A stretch of DNA of 45,190 nucleotides from a phage: the sequence record PZ050807.1, one strand, 5' to 3'. The translations under genes were made by a program, and so were the position numbers. Shown here one piece after another: positions 26,154 to 34,492 of the stretch (position 1 is its first letter; each line of letters begins with the position of its first letter). Below the pieces are notes generated by a model. That model saw only the letters and a list, made by a program, of their open reading frames with translations, did not search any database and was not told where the DNA came from.

Positions 26154-27240
26154 CCAACGACTGGCGGATCGCATGATTCGCCGTCACATCTTCACCCAGC
26201 GCCTGAGCAATGAGCAGGCGCGTAAAGTGCTGGCAATGTGGCAAAAATTCCGTCCTACGTTACTGGGTAAGCTGACCGAATTACTTGAGGGCAAGAAGTC
26301 AATGAGCAATAAGGCGCTTACCACTCTGCTAACCCAAATCGACAAAACGGTTAAGACCGAACTGCGCGACGAGTTTAAAGTGCTGGCTGAAGGTCTGGCG
26401 GAGTTTGCCGATACCGAGGCTGAATATCTGACCAACACATTAACGGCAGCACTGCAACCTGCGCTTTCAGTCCCTGCCGTTGAGGTGGTTGGTGTAGTGA
26501 CCGGTGCGCAGATTGCAGCGACGGCTATGAAAAATCCATTCCAGGGCAACACGCTTATGCAATGGCCTGATTCTCTGTCAGAATGGACCAGAACGCAGAT
26601 CAGCAATCAGGTGCGCGCCGGATTTATCCAGGGCAAACCTACTATGCAAATTATTGCGGACGTCAAGCGCGCGTTGGGCGGTCGTAGCGCGCAGGCCATT
26701 TCAAGCGTGGTCAAGTCCGCAGTCAACCACTATGCGGCGACCGCACGCGAATTAATGGTAAAAGCAAATGATGATATTCTCGACGGTCGCCAGTGGCTTT
26801 CTACACTGGATACTCACACCTCAACGCTCTGTCAGTTACGCGATCGCCTGTTTTATCCGGTTGATGTTACCCCCGAAACAAAAGGGAAACGGGACGGGAA
26901 AGTGGTGGCTGGATCACAGTATGGCGCTGGTCCGGGCAAGCTACATTATTGTTGCCGTTCTACCGAGACGTGGAAAGTCAAGGGTATGGAAGATTGGCCC
27001 AGTGGTAAGCGTCCGGCACTGAAGGCCGAAGCGGGTAAACTGCTAAGTGAGCAGGTCAGTGCTAAGACGGACTTCTTCTCCTGGGTACAGCGCCAGCCGC
27101 GGCATATCCTTGAGGAATTATACGGAGTGCAGCGCGCGGACCAGATCTTGCGGGGCGTGAAAGTTCCGACCATGTTTAACGACGCGGGCGAGCTTATGAC
27201 GATTCAACAACTGAAAAATAAGGGGTTATGGCGTGATTAA
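26131..27240 (+). CDS. Head morphogenesis (minor head) protein
   Basis: Synteny (portal-adjacent), 369 aa. Confidence 0.5.
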   Translation: MTMPRKINQRLADRMIRRHIFTQRLSNEQARKVLAMWQKFRPTLLGKLTELLEGKKSMSNKALTTLLTQIDKTVKTELRDEFKVLAEGLAEFADTEAEYLTNTLTAALQPALSVPAVEVVGVVTGAQIAATAMKNPFQGNTLMQWPDSLSEWTRTQISNQVRAGFIQGKPTMQIIADVKRALGGRSAQAISSVVKSAVNHYAATARELMVKANDDILDGRQWLSTLDTHTSTLCQLRDRLFYPVDVTPETKGKRDGKVVAGSQYGAGPGKLHYCCRSTETWKVKGMEDWPSGKRPALKAEAGKLLSEQVSAKTDFFSWVQRQPRHILEELYGVQRADQILRGVKVPTMFNDAGELMTIQQLKNKGLWRD

Positions 27241-27541
27241 ATACGCAGCAGTCGGATTGATTCTCGGCCTTGTAATTGGGTTCTGGCAAGGTGACAACTA
27301 TCGTGCTGGCGTGGTGGCGGAGGCGGCGCAGGAAGCGCAAGCCAAAGCCCAACGGCAGCAAACTAAGGTAATCCATGAGTCGGTACAGAAAGAGCAGGCC
27401 CGCGAAGTGGAGTTCCGCACAGTTGAGAAAGAGGTGATTAAATATGTCACGCGTCCTGATCGCGATAATTGTAAGTTTGATGCTGACCGCGTGCGGATCA
27501 AGCAACGTGCCGTTGATGCCGCTAACGGAATCAGCAATTAA
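27233..27541 (+). CDS. i-spanin (Rz-like)
   Basis: N-terminal transmembrane helix MIKYAAVGLILGLVIGFW followed by a charged coiled coil; contains the start of the overlapping o-spanin. Confidence 0.55.
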   Translation: MIKYAAVGLILGLVIGFWQGDNYRAGVVAEAAQEAQAKAQRQQTKVIHESVQKEQAREVEFRTVEKEVIKYVTRPDRDNCKFDADRVRIKQRAVDAANGISN

Positions 27542-27674
27542 GCCGCCGTGTAAGTTTGAGTCGCCATCGGAAGATCCGGACGAAGATTTAGCGATTGATG
27601 TGCGAAATATGAAATGCGGGGCGGAGTTAAGGGCACAAGTGCTGGATTTGCAGAAATTAATTAAGGGGCCGTAA
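27444..27674 (+). CDS. o-spanin (Rz1-like outer-membrane lipoprotein)
   Basis: Signal peptide with lipobox LTAC-G, Pro-rich; starts inside Rz in the +1 frame (overlapped architecture). Confidence 0.55.
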   Translation: MSRVLIAIIVSLMLTACGSSNVPLMPLTESAIKPPCKFESPSEDPDEDLAIDVRNMKCGAELRAQVLDLQKLIKGP

Positions 27675-27687
27675 TGGCCCCTTTCTA
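27664..27687. terminator. Bidirectional intrinsic terminator
   Basis: AGGGGCC-GTAAT-GGCCCCT followed by TTCTATT; same stem as the terminators at 2743 and 43357. Confidence 0.65.
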
Positions 27688-28449
27688 TTAGCGCGGAATA
27701 CCGCAGATTTCGTTTAGTGTCTTCACGTCAAGCGCTACTGCCGTTGACTTCTTCTCTTCCTGCGGGATGAACTGTTTCACTTCAGGCCATGCCTTAATAA
27801 GTTTGGTGTCTGTAGTGTACTTATTCAGAGTACCCATAACTGACAATTTAAACTCATCGTATTTAGCACGTAAATCGCGGCGCGCCTTGTCGTTCTTATC
27901 CAGACGTTTGCAAAATTCATGCTCTGCCGGGTAATCTGCACGACCGCGAGGCTTGTAGATCGGCACTTGCTCACCTTCCGCGTTAATTTCCACCAGCGCC
28001 GTAAGTAGCGCAGTTTCAAACCCAGGTACGATTTCGCCAATGTCCGGGGCCATCGAGTTATTGTAGCGGTCTTCCCAGTAGCCTCGGTGACAGCGGCTGC
28101 TGTAGTTATCACCGCTCAATGACAGTGTGCGGATGTTACCACCCATGTTGACTTCGAACGTTGCATCGTACACAGCACCAATGCCGTGGGGCATGTCCTT
28201 GTTATGGCTGAAGGTTGCACGGCTGGCGTACACGCTTATGCTAAACATGCCGTTATTTGTGTCTTGATAGCTGCGCATCATTTTCTGCAACCCAACGAAG
28301 CTGGTAACACCTTTCGGCATCTGATCCAGAGTGATAGCCAGCGCCAGGTCGCGCGATTCGGTCATTAACTTTTTGGCCTGCTTCGTGATTTCGTGGCCTG
28401 CCAGGATGTTAGCCAGGATTTGCTTTTTAATGTCTTTAGTCAGTCTCAT
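27688..28449 (-). CDS. Hypothetical protein, 253 aa; inverted single-gene cassette inside the head module
   Basis: Start at MRLTKDIK (ATG 28449, RBS AGGAAACAACA); own early-type promoter and terminator. Confidence 0.5.
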   Translation of the reverse strand: MRLTKDIKKQILANILAGHEITKQAKKLMTESRDLALAITLDQMPKGVTSFVGLQKMMRSYQDTNNGMFSISVYASRATFSHNKDMPHGIGAVYDATFEVNMGGNIRTLSLSGDNYSSRCHRGYWEDRYNNSMAPDIGEIVPGFETALLTALVEINAEGEQVPIYKPRGRADYPAEHEFCKRLDKNDKARRDLRAKYDEFKLSVMGTLNKYTTDTKLIKAWPEVKQFIPQEEKKSTAVALDVKTLNEICGIPR

Positions 28450-28479
28450 TGTTGTTTCCTCGTTTGTTGGTGTGCAACC

Positions 28480-28508
28480 AATATATTGCAACCAATTAGC
28501 CAATGCAA
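28480..28508 (-). promoter_or_regulatory. Early-type promoter (minus strand): -35 TTGCAT, 17 nt with ATTGGTTGCAA, -10 TATATT
   Basis: Minus strand: TTGCAT(28508..28503)-17 nt-TATATT(28485..28480). Confidence 0.5.
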
Positions 28509-28515
28509 GCAAATT

Positions 28516-28544
28516 TTGTGATTATTTTTATCACTGATAATATT
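28516..28544 (+). promoter_or_regulatory. Candidate promoter for the scaffold/capsid genes: TTGTGA-17 nt-TAATAT
   Basis: Hexamer match by eye. Confidence 0.4.
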
Positions 28545-28598
28545 AAGGGCGTGAAGTCGAGCGGGTGGCCCGCTCTGCCACAATCCCTGGGGGATGTT

Positions 28599-29303
28599 AT
28601 GAAACTGACTAAAGCAGAATATGACGCGTTGCCTGAAGGCATGAAAGCATTGTTTGTTGCCGATGGTGACGGGTACAAGGCGACGTTTATGACCGCCGAA
28701 GAAGTACAGGCCGAGATCAAAGGTCTGAAGGATAACAACGCGAAGCTGGTAGGCGAGAAAAAGGCAGAAGCCGAACGCCGTGCCGAAGCGGAGCGACTCG
28801 CTAAAGAGAAAGAGGAAGCCGCAGCGCGCAAGAACGGCGACCTTGAAGCGATCGATAAGTCCTGGCAGGACAAGTTTACTAAATACGATGCGGATACGAA
28901 GGGCAAAATCGAAGCCTACCGCAAACAGATTCACGATCTTACCATCGGCAGCACTGCCAAAGACCTGGCATCAAAGCTGTTCGGTAAGAACGCTGGCATT
29001 ATGCAACGCCACGTCATGGACCGCCTTGCGCTGGAAGAAGGCGAAGACGGCAGTCTGAAAGTGCGCGTATTGCAGGACGGCAAACCATCCGCACTGACTA
29101 TGGAAGAACTGGAGAAAGAGTTCCGTAGTAACGAAGATTTCGCGTCCGTCCTGGCGGGTACGCCTGCCGGTGGTGCGCCGAGCAAACCGACCCATGTAAT
29201 CGACGATCCGAAATCTAAGATTCAGATGGGTCATAGCTTCGGCATCACTGACTTGACCAAACAGGCCAGCGATATTATCGCCAAACTGGGCGACGACGAG
29301 TAA
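28599..29303 (+). CDS. Scaffolding protein candidate
   Basis: Charged coiled coil (AEAERRAEAERLAKEKEEAAARK), immediately upstream of the major capsid gene. Confidence 0.5.
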   Translation: MKLTKAEYDALPEGMKALFVADGDGYKATFMTAEEVQAEIKGLKDNNAKLVGEKKAEAERRAEAERLAKEKEEAAARKNGDLEAIDKSWQDKFTKYDADTKGKIEAYRKQIHDLTIGSTAKDLASKLFGKNAGIMQRHVMDRLALEEGEDGSLKVRVLQDGKPSALTMEELEKEFRSNEDFASVLAGTPAGGAPSKPTHVIDDPKSKIQMGHSFGITDLTKQASDIIAKLGDDE

Positions 29304-29308
29304 GCAGG

Positions 29309-29333
29309 TTGCCCGCGAAAGCGGGCAATTTTG
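29309..29333 (+). terminator. Intrinsic terminator/attenuator
   Basis: TTGCCCGC-GAAA-GCGGGCAA followed by TTTT. Confidence 0.6.
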
Positions 29334-29400
29334 CGAGCGTGAAAAATTAGGGTAACATTAAAAGCACTGGGCGATTGCTCTCTACTCAAAGGATAAACTT

Positions 29401-30522
29401 ATGTCTTTAACAGTGTTCCAGCGTAAACTCGTCACCGCGGTTACGCAAATGATCCCCGACAACTTGAACGTCTTCAACGCTGCCGCTAACGGCGCGGTCG
29501 TTCTCGGTACTGGCGAAGTGCTGAAAGATGTTGTCGAGAAGATGTCTGTAGGTCTGATCGCCAACCTGGTGTCTGACCGTAACGCATATGCCCCGGTTGG
29601 TACTCCTGCCGATGCGAAAGTGCTGGCGCGTATGCTGACCAACTCCGTTAACCTGTCCGCGAAAGTCGGTCCTGTTGCAATCACCAAAGCTATGATGGCT
29701 AAAATCGAAACCAACGTTAACAGCGTTGCGGCTGAGATTGCGGCACAGGCTACTCAAGCTATCTTGCTGCACTACCTGAAAGCGGGTATCGGCGCTGGTA
29801 AAGCTGCGATCGACACTAACGCTGCGGCGAAATATACCCAACCGGCGCGCGTTGACGGTGTAGGCGGTCGTACCTTCCCGACCCTGGCAGACTTCCCGCT
29901 GGCGGCGGCTAAGTTCGGCGATCAGGCATCTCTGATTAAGTCCTGGTTTATGGACGGTGTGACCTGGGCTAACTTCATTGCATATCAGGCGCTGCCTTCT
30001 GCTGAGCAGGTGTTCGCGATCGGCGACCTTCAGGTAATGGGTGATGGCTTAGGCCGCCGCTTTATTATCTCCGATGCCGCTGCCGATGCAATGGGCGCTG
30101 GCAAAATGCTGGGTCTTGTTCCGGGCGCGGTAGCAGTTACTACCAACGGTCTGGATATGCTGGCGCAGGAGCGTGGTGGTAACGAGAACATCGAGCGCTG
30201 GTGGCAGGGTGAGTTTGACTTTAACGTCGCTGTTAAAGGCTATCGCATGACCGCGGCAGCACGCGCAGGCGTTGAAGGCGTCCGTTCCTTCAAACTGGCT
30301 GATATTACCAATACCAGTAACTGGGAACTGGATCAGGGCCAGGTCGATAACGCGCCGTACACTACCTACGACGTTGGCGGCACGGATACTGAAGAGGGAT
30401 CTACCACTTCACTGAAAGAGAAAGGTCGTCGTCGTAAGCAGGACGCGCAGGCCGTACCGACCCGCCACATCAAGGAAACTGCCGGTGTGTTGGTAACTCT
30501 GACGGCAACCACCGCATCTTAA
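29401..30522 (+). CDS. Major capsid protein
   Basis: 373 aa ORF after the scaffold, strong RBS context, flanked by terminators; synteny. Confidence 0.65.
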   Translation: MSLTVFQRKLVTAVTQMIPDNLNVFNAAANGAVVLGTGEVLKDVVEKMSVGLIANLVSDRNAYAPVGTPADAKVLARMLTNSVNLSAKVGPVAITKAMMAKIETNVNSVAAEIAAQATQAILLHYLKAGIGAGKAAIDTNAAAKYTQPARVDGVGGRTFPTLADFPLAAAKFGDQASLIKSWFMDGVTWANFIAYQALPSAEQVFAIGDLQVMGDGLGRRFIISDAAADAMGAGKMLGLVPGAVAVTTNGLDMLAQERGGNENIERWWQGEFDFNVAVKGYRMTAAARAGVEGVRSFKLADITNTSNWELDQGQVDNAPYTTYDVGGTDTEEGSTTSLKEKGRRRKQDAQAVPTRHIKETAGVLVTLTATTAS

Positions 30523-30541
30523 TCGGTGCATACCCAAACGG

Positions 30542-30566
30542 GGCGGGCTTAAGCCCGCCTTTTTTA
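30542..30566 (+). terminator. Intrinsic terminator after the capsid gene
   Basis: GGCGGGCTT-AAGCCCGCC followed by TTTTTT. Confidence 0.7.
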
Positions 30567-30579
30567 TAGGAGCAATATC

Positions 30580-31080
30580 ATGTATGGCGACCCACAAACA
30601 TTTGTAGATTATGCCAACGCGCGAGGCGTAGAAGTCACATTGGGAGATGCAACGCAGCACTTGACCGTCGTTAACGACTTCCTGAACGGCCTCGACTGGA
30701 TCGGCGACCCTGCGGACCATCTCGGCGTCGATGCGTGGCCTCGTATGAATTTCACCTCCGACGGTAAGCCAATCCGCGAAACGGACACGCTTGACATCAC
30801 CACTATTCCGAAAGGCCAGCAAGTCGAGTTTTCTGCAATTCCCGTTGCCGTTGAGCAGGCGGTTTATCGACTTGCCTTGCTGGTGGCGGACGGCATTGAT
30901 ATTTCACCCATCGGCGGTGGTAAAGAAACAATCCGCGAAACGGTTGGCCCGATTACGATGGAATATGACCCGTCTACCTTTGGCGGTTATGTTTCGTTCC
31001 CGTGGTGGGACGGTATGCTGAGCTACTGGTTGAACACCGAAGGCAACGCAGCCGGTAACTTTGACGTATACAGAGGTTGA
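30580..31080 (+). CDS. Head-tail connector / head completion protein candidate
   Basis: Synteny. Confidence 0.45.
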   Translation: MYGDPQTFVDYANARGVEVTLGDATQHLTVVNDFLNGLDWIGDPADHLGVDAWPRMNFTSDGKPIRETDTLDITTIPKGQQVEFSAIPVAVEQAVYRLALLVADGIDISPIGGGKETIRETVGPITMEYDPSTFGGYVSFPWWDGMLSYWLNTEGNAAGNFDVYRG

Positions 31081-31188
31081 TTATGAATCCTGCAATCATC
31101 GTAGCGATGCTGGCGGCGTTGGCTACTAAAGAAGACGAGCCAGAAGTAGAACAACCGGAGCCGGAACAACCAGAAGGAGGCGAAGAGG

Positions 31189-31542
31189 ATGGCGGGCTTT
31201 GACTATCGGGCGTTGAAACGGAAAGTTAATCCGTTGATTAAGAAATTTGGCATGAAGGTGATGGCATCACGTCCAGGCGGCGTGGTGCGCGTGGGCGGCG
31301 AGGAAGTGGTGACGCCGCCGTTATCGTTTGAAATCGTCGGCCTGCGTGAAGAATACAAGCCGCATGAGATAGACGGAACGCGTGTCCTTTCCGGGGACGT
31401 TAAATTTTTATGCCAGGCTACCGAGCAGTTGCAGGTTGGTGACACGGTTAATCTGAATAACATCGACTACCGCGTGGTGAATCCTAACCCCCTGCAACCG
31501 GCAGCTACAACAATGCTGTTCCAGTTACAGCTAAGGGGCTAA
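31189..31542 (+). CDS. Head-tail joining protein candidate
   Basis: Synteny; strong RBS GAAGGAGG. Confidence 0.45.
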   Translation: MAGFDYRALKRKVNPLIKKFGMKVMASRPGGVVRVGGEEVVTPPLSFEIVGLREEYKPHEIDGTRVLSGDVKFLCQATEQLQVGDTVNLNNIDYRVVNPNPLQPAATTMLFQLQLRG

Positions 31543-31543
31543 C

Positions 31544-32134
31544 GTGGCAGAACAGTATTCTTTCGCGGCTACGATCGCAACGTGGGTAGAGAAGACGAAA
31601 GAGAACAACGATAAGGCGGTGCGGGCGGTGGGTATGCAAATCCTCGGTCGCCTTATCGAGATCTCGCCAGTTGGCGACCCGAAGCGCTGGAAGATTAACC
31701 GCGCTTTCGCCCTTGCGCGGGAACACGCTAACAGAGTTAACGCCGCACAGCGAAAGAAGAACGGCGGCAAACTGAAGCGAGGCCAGAAGAAGCACGCAAG
31801 CGTACTGGTTAGCTTCACGACGAAGAAAGGGCAGGTGACTTTCCGCCAGCGTGGCTGGGCCGCTAAGAATTACACCGGCGGGCGCTTCCGGGGAAACTGG
31901 CAGGTGTCATTTGATCGCCCGGCTACCGGTACAGTTGACCGCATCGACAAGGCGGGGGCCGCCACACTTGCCGCAGGGCGTGAGATTCTGGTGCAGTATG
32001 ATTCGGACACGTACGGGTCGATCTGGTTTACTAACAATGTGCCGTATGCGCAGCGACTGGAGTACGGCTGGAGTAAACAAGCGCCCGCGGGCATCGTCCG
32101 CGTAGTGGCGGCAGAAATTAATTCGAAGGTGTGA
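31544..32134 (+). CDS. Neck / tail-completion protein candidate (HK97 gp10-like position)
   Basis: Synteny; GTG start with RBS AAGGGG. Confidence 0.45.
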   Translation: MAEQYSFAATIATWVEKTKENNDKAVRAVGMQILGRLIEISPVGDPKRWKINRAFALAREHANRVNAAQRKKNGGKLKRGQKKHASVLVSFTTKKGQVTFRQRGWAAKNYTGGRFRGNWQVSFDRPATGTVDRIDKAGAATLAAGREILVQYDSDTYGSIWFTNNVPYAQRLEYGWSKQAPAGIVRVVAAEINSKV

Positions 32135-32135
32135 T

Positions 32136-32558
32136 ATGAGCAATACTAAAATCCGGAAGGCGCTGAATAGCGTAGTGGAAGAGTTAGCCGCGGAATTGCA
32201 GACGGGTACGCGCATTATCCGCATCAACTGGGAGAATATTGCGGGCGACCACGCAGACGGCAACGGCATCTACCTAGAGCCGTACCTGCTACCGGCCCCG
32301 ACCCAGTTTGTTGGCCTACAGCAGAAGGGACGGATCTACGCGGGCGTGTATCAGGTTGCCGTAGTGTTCCCCGCGGACACGGGCACGCAGTATGCCAGCG
32401 AACTGGCGGACACCATTGCCGAGTCGCCAAAGTGGCAGAACGTGAAAATTGACGGCATGACGTTCCAGTTACAAGATGCACCGTACACCAGTCCGGTGAC
32501 TGAAGATATTGACGCGGCGCGCATTGTAATCACGGTTATGTACCACGGTTGCGCCTGA
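32136..32558 (+). CDS. Tail terminator protein candidate
   Basis: Synteny directly upstream of the major tail gene. Confidence 0.45.
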   Translation: MSNTKIRKALNSVVEELAAELQTGTRIIRINWENIAGDHADGNGIYLEPYLLPAPTQFVGLQQKGRIYAGVYQVAVVFPADTGTQYASELADTIAESPKWQNVKIDGMTFQLQDAPYTSPVTEDIDAARIVITVMYHGCA

Positions 32559-32619
32559 TTTGGCGCAATTCAGCGTGTGCGGTATCATTAATCGGAATAA
32601 CTAAACAGGAGCATTCATT

Positions 32620-33345
32620 ATGGGTTATCAACTTCCTAACGGGTCCAGCGTCCAAATCGGGTCCGTACAGGGTGCAGGCATCGCAGTTACGGCAGCGTCG
32701 AACGCGGCGGCATCTATCAGCGACCTGACTCAAGGTTGCGTAATCACCTGCGCCGCTTCACATGGTCTGGCGGTTGGCGACGTGGTTATGTTCACGAAAT
32801 CCCCGTGGGTCCGTGCGCTTAACCAGGCTTTCATCGTGGGTAAAGTAGACACCAACGACGTGACGCTGGCGCGCTTCGACACGTCTGATACGACTAAGTA
32901 TCCGAACGGTGCGTTCCAGGCAGGCACACCGGGTGAGGTCGTGAAGATTTCGAGCTTTATCGACTTCCCGTTTATCACCAACGTTGCCGTGTCCGGTGGC
33001 GACCAGCAGACGACGACCTTCCAGCCGTTGCAGGTGAATACCGCGATCAGTCTGAACACCACGAAAAACCCGTTGGTACAGACCTATACCTTCACCCACG
33101 ACGAAGAAGACCCGATCCGTCCGATTCTGGAAGACCTGGACGACACGCAGAAGACAACGGTAATTAAGTTCACTAACCCGGCAGCGTCCAGCGGTAAAGG
33201 TGAAATCCGTATCTATGCGGCTAAGGTGTCCTTCCAGAAGATTCCGTCTGCGGAAGTAAACAACGTCGAAACGGTACAATCCACTCTGACCATGCAGTCG
33301 GAAATGATGATTTACCGCAAAGACCTTGTTGAAGCCTTATCCTGA
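32620..33345 (+). CDS. Major tail protein
   Basis: 241 aa ORF before the chaperone/tape-measure genes; terminator downstream. Confidence 0.6.
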   Translation: MGYQLPNGSSVQIGSVQGAGIAVTAASNAAASISDLTQGCVITCAASHGLAVGDVVMFTKSPWVRALNQAFIVGKVDTNDVTLARFDTSDTTKYPNGAFQAGTPGEVVKISSFIDFPFITNVAVSGGDQQTTTFQPLQVNTAISLNTTKNPLVQTYTFTHDEEDPIRPILEDLDDTQKTTVIKFTNPAASSGKGEIRIYAAKVSFQKIPSAEVNNVETVQSTLTMQSEMMIYRKDLVEALS

Positions 33346-33376
33346 TTTGGTCGGGTAAATGGCGAGTGTTAACATT

Positions 33377-33398
33377 GGGGGCGTAAGCCCCTTTTTTA
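33377..33398 (+). terminator. Intrinsic terminator/attenuator after the major tail gene
   Basis: GGGGGCG-TAA-GCCCC followed by TTTTTT. Confidence 0.6.
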
Positions 33399-33412
33399 AT
33401 GGAGAGAATATC

Positions 33413-33775
33413 ATGGCTAAACAATCCCTTTTCACCCTCGACCCAAAACCGACTTTCAAGCTGCCGATTGAAATCCCGCGTCCGGGCGAGAAAGAGCCGG
33501 GTAAGCTGACTTTCACCGTCCGCCACCGTCCGATCGACGAGTTCTCGCAGACCATGCAGGAGACTGAACGCAAGCTGTCAGAGTATGACCAGAATGACCC
33601 GGACGGCTTTAACGTTATGGTCGAGGCCATCATGCATGTGGCTGAAGGCTGGAATCTGCCGGATGAGTTCACTGAAGAGAACGTACGCCGCCTGGTGGTG
33701 AACTATCCGCGTGCGTTCGGCGTGTTCCATACGTCGTACTATCTCGAATTGATGGGCTTGCGTGAAAAAAACTAA
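33413..33775 (+). CDS. Tail assembly chaperone (lambda gpG-like)
   Basis: Position immediately upstream of the tape measure; slippery site at its 3' end. Confidence 0.6.
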   Translation: MAKQSLFTLDPKPTFKLPIEIPRPGEKEPGKLTFTVRHRPIDEFSQTMQETERKLSEYDQNDPDGFNVMVEAIMHVAEGWNLPDEFTEENVRRLVVNYPRAFGVFHTSYYLELMGLREKN

Positions 33776-34089
33776 TTGAGGCGGCGCGACGCTTCTATGG
33801 TCCGCCGCCACCGTCCGAAGACCTTGCCGCTAGTTTATGGGGTGCGGCCCCCGAAGATATTTGTCCGCCAGTTGCATTATGGCCTGATAACGTACAGGTC
33901 GTTGCCGTTTTCACTGACTGCTCAACGCAGTGGCGCACCGGTTTTAACGGAGCATACGGCATCGACTACGGCGTGCTGGAATGGCTATTTAAAATGCACG
34001 GCATCGAAAATGAGAAGCGAGCTTTTAAAGATATCAAGTTAATGGAGCGTATTGCACTCGACGAAATTGCAGCACAACAGGCCGGGTAA
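33766..34089 (+). CDS. Tail assembly chaperone extension (gpT-like), expressed as a G-T fusion by -1 programmed frameshift at A_AAA_AAC
   Basis: Heptamer A AAA AAC at 33766..33772; the -1 frame is open from 33766 to the TAA at 34087..34089. Confidence 0.5.
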   Translation, partial: KKLIEAARRFYGPPPPSEDLAASLWGAAPEDICPPVALWPDNVQVVAVFTDCSTQWRTGFNGAYGIDYGVLEWLFKMHGIENEKRAFKDIKLMERIALDEIAAQQAG

Positions 34090-34103
34090 TTCCGGCCTTT
34101 TTC
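34080..34103 (+). terminator. Intrinsic terminator after the GT chaperone ORF
   Basis: GGCCGG-GTAATT-CCGGCC followed by TTTTT. Confidence 0.6.
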
Positions 34104-34106
34104 ATA

Positions 34107-34430
34107 GCGGGACAGCGGGACGTCCCGTTTTTGTCCCGCTGTCCCGCCCCGCCAAAAACTGCATACCTATTCAGAAATACTGCATAAAACCAAAACGGGA
34201 CAAAAACGGGACAAGCAGGACGTCCCGCCTCAAAAGTGCATATCTATGCAGTTTTCATGCATAAAACGAACGGGACAAAAACGGGACAAACTGCAAGCGG
34301 GACAGAGCGGGACGTCCCGCCGTCCCTGCCAGAGCTGCCGCGGGTTTCAGCCGATCGGGACAGGCGGGACAAAGCCAAGTCTTTCAGACTAGACGGGGGT
34401 CAATGGCCCCCTCCGTCTGAGACTGAATAA
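34107..34430. repeat. Structured non-coding element B: GGGAC/GTCCC iterons, palindromes and a conserved stem-loop; paralogue of 17581..17755
   Basis: Several ACGGGACA iterons, three GGGACGTCCC palindromes, 13-bp inverted repeat GCGGGACAGCGGG/CCCGCTGTCCCGC, hairpin at 34378..34425. Confidence 0.6.
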
Positions 34431-34492
34431 GGTTGGTTGCAAAATGACTGATACAATACAAACGGCAACTTGCATAAAAAGGGGACTGCATA

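Noticed and set aside
28516-28536. CRP-binding site (TGTGA ... TCAC)
   Set aside because: Half-site spacing is 9 bp rather than the 6 bp of the CRP consensus
31082-31201. 39-aa ORF (MNPAIIVAMLAALATKEDEPEVEQPEPEQPEGGEEDGGL) between the connector genes
   Set aside because: Possible but very short and overlapping the strong RBS and start of the next gene; not supportable without expression data
33776-34042. Stand-alone 88-aa ORF after the G chaperone
   Set aside because: Wrong frame and implausible start; the -1 frame open from 33766 to 34089 fits a G-T frameshift fusion instead
34104-34440. CRISPR array
   Set aside because: Repeats are short (8-12 bp), irregularly spaced and partly palindromic, with no uniform spacers and no cas genes
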